From the NCBI GenBank assembly GCA_022813865.1, contig JALDZX010000002.1:558001-622000 (forward strand): a stretch of 64,000 nucleotides of DNA. Direction: 5' to 3'. Shown here in pieces: positions 61,383 through 64,000 of this stretch. The position numbers were made by a program, and so were the translations under genes. Source of the stretch: Xylographa opegraphella. Taxonomy: Eukaryota. The notes under the pieces were generated by a model. That model did no database searches and had not been told where the DNA came from. It saw only the letters and a program-made list of their open reading frames with translations. Position 1 is the first letter of the stretch. Each line of letters starts with the position of its first letter.

Positions 61383-63120
61383 AGAATACGGTGCCGGGTT
61401 GGATATGTAGTACGCTGAGACGAAGCGTGTGATATCTAGATCATCATGCATATCGTCTCCTCCCTTCTCAAGCTCGTGCTCTGCCGTGCAGCTCATCTTG
61501 AAACCCGCACCGCGATTCCTGAGAAGGACACTCTCTATTCCCCCTCCACCAGTACCCTTCCACCACCCAGACTCAGCCAACGCCAACTCGCCATCTCAGC
61601 CGCACGAGAAAGGGCGAGAAGCTAGATCGCTGTTCTGAAAGATGGAGGAGCCGAGATGGGAAAGGGGCAGGTCACGTTGGGTTCGGTGACGAGAGTCACA
61701 TGTGGATGAGTACGCGAGGTGAGCGCCTCGCAGTGTTGGGTGTAGATGCCGCAGTCGAGATGGGGGCGGCGGCCGGTCTCGCAGACCGAGGGGGGTGGAC
61801 CTCATGGGCGGAAGAGTCATGGTTGTTTCGGGATCTCGGTTTACTTTACGGTAGTAATTGTTCATTCACGAGCAGTGTCTGAGGTGGTGGTGGTATGTTC
61901 GACGGTGCTAGATTGCTTAGTTGAGATGTTGATATCTGGATTCTCAGTATCAGGCCGGGTTGATAGCATAGTTTATGGTGTGCAAGCAGGGGTATTCTGA
62001 TTGCCGCCACGTACGAATAGACACACTGTTTAACGGAAATGCCATCGTAAATAAGCGAGGGAAAGACTGCGGAAATGAAAAATGCGGACATTAGAAGCTA
62101 TGAACGGGTAGTGAAAAACTTCCCTAAAGCCAAGAAATGTAGCGCGTGACATGAACGAAATCTCAGGGGAAACTGGAATGGTGCACGGATGCGGTCAATG
62201 TCCATAAGGTTAACAGATTCCTTAAATGCATCTTGAGTATGAGAAATCAAAAAATTACCCTTTATGATATGTTCAAGCAAGTGCAACTTCGCGACCTATG
62301 TAATTGGGACGACGGTTACAAAACAGCAGCATCCAGATGATAGCGGTACTTTTTGAGGTGGAAAAGAGCCACTGCACTCGAAATCAAGTCCGTACACAAA
62401 ATCACCTCTGTATCAAGGATTCCAGGAACTCGGTCTCCAAGCCTCAAGATAAAATTTGGTAATGTTATATCAACAGCTTATTCGGACCTTTGAAATTATC
62501 GGCATCTAGTTCGTCGTACATCCCACCAAACGCTGAAAGAAGAAGCAGAAAAAAAAGAAATTGAAGCTGCCACGCCTCAAGCAAAGAACGATGTCCCGCC
62601 CGTATCTGTGCCACTCTCCCACAGACCTTGGGAGGCGGCTCTTCAGAAGGCGTCATAGTTCTTTCAAGAAAAGAATCAATCTGCGGCAAGTGTTTGTCTA
62701 CCTCCTCACTCACGGTTCACCGAGGTGGGAATGAGGAAGCCTTGATGAGCCGCTTGGGGGAGGGCTCAAGCAAGTGTGGGAACGATGGCCGGTGCTTAAA
62801 GTGCGGAGTGGACGACAAATGGAGGTGAAAGGCGGATTTTCGAGTAGATTGTGAGTATGACTAGAGAATATAGTGCCCGATGAGCGACGTGAGAATACAC
62901 ATAAGTGACGCGGTCTGAAACGGATGACTTTGGATTTATGGTAGAGTAGCTACGCGGCAAAGCCCTGGTAGCTGAGCACGAAGCCAACCAGCCTCCACTT
63001 GGTCATGCTTCTCCAACATCCTCAATATCTAGCCCGAGTCAGCAGAACCCCATAGCGGCATTTCAAACTTTCAATTCTCACCTACCCACCCAAGTCTCTG
63101 TCCCCTTGCACGCACCCACC

Positions 63121-63525
63121 TCACCGTTGGCTGCTCCCACTCCACACACTCTTCAGCAGGCCATCCCTCTGCGCCAGCCGATTCAAACTATCATCACTCT
63201 CGCCCATCGCGCGTACAAAGCCACACATCGCATACACCTGGTTCTCACCGGTATAGCGTCCGTTCTCGTCCACCTTGCCGACGGAGATCTGCACGCTGGC
63301 GTGGTCTTTGGCTTTGATGATGCGGTTGGTAGCGGAGCATTTGCGGGGGACGTAGCTATGGATATTGAATCAGTTTTGGATACAATTGCGAGCAGTGAGC
63401 ATGTGCGCGGATCATGGAATCAGGAAAGAAGCCGCAAGGTGTTGGCAGAAGAGGGTAACTAGGGAATAGGTAGAATAAGTTATTGGGACGTACAGGTCGA
63501 CAACCTCGCCTTTCTCGTTCTCCAT
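63121..63525 (-). CDS. RPS21: 40S ribosomal protein S21 (eS21), intron 63356-63493
   Basis: [43 protein letters not shown]...[18 protein letters not shown]. Confidence 0.96.
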
Positions 63526-64000
63526 GATGACGATTTGCTGGAAAAGAATTAAGGCTGTAATGTCTTTGCGGGAGGGCGTGGGAATCAGAAGTACTTCTTT
63601 GTGCGGCTGGATTGACGTTGAAGTAGCGGCATCAAAAGTTCGCGATTCTCGCTTAAGCCCTGTGGGTCACGTGCTGTGCCCAATTTGGGTTGAATATTTA
63701 AAGGTTCAAGGAAAGGATTGGAGGCAGCTTGTGGAATCCGATTAAGCTCAGCTGCTGCACATTGATCTTTACGTTGATATTTTTATATGCTCAACATTGT
63801 TAAATAATATTTTCCGGCAGCCGTGTTGGCCCCATATTTCTCCCAAGTTTTGAATGGAGTCGTATCGTCATTTCGTAAAGTGACATTAGTTAATAGTCTA
63901 GATAACAAATAAAAGGTTCCACCAATTCCACAAGCCATCATCCTCCGAGTTCTGTATACCTAGCTTGCTTGAGTCCATCCCCTTCCATCTCGACTGGTTG

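Noticed and set aside
62098..62800. Chain of minus-strand ORF fragments that look like a decayed gene
   Set aside because: No identifiable family motif, so it cannot be distinguished from chance.

Overview
Eukaryotic, intron-containing DNA from a filamentous ascomycete (Pezizomycotina; short GT..CTRAC..AG introns). A lichen-forming Lecanoromycete is plausible but cannot be proven from this window. About 25 protein genes are supportable. Conserved housekeeping genes: two MDR-family oxidoreductases, an F-box protein, CTNNBL1, mitochondrial ThrRS, STI1, RPC34, SSU72, an NBP2-like SH3 protein, ENT3, a Zn2Cys6 factor, SFR1, HRD3, CPD photolyase and RPS21. These alternate with accessory islands (about 7-14, 19.5-23, 27-35 and 52-59 kb). 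The most striking accessory feature is a tandem pair of intron-containing paralogues (8.6-12.4 kb) with a motif pattern resembling PemK/MazF endoribonucleases; the second copy carries a one-base frameshift. Other candidates: a secreted protein made of three unrecognised six-cysteine modules, a divergent kinase, two CxH...CxxC proteins, a tRNA-like Pol III element, a structured SSU72 intron with a possible poison exon, and recurrent ~1 kb C-rich-to-G-rich skew-switch domains. All calls come from manual reading; no database searches were run.
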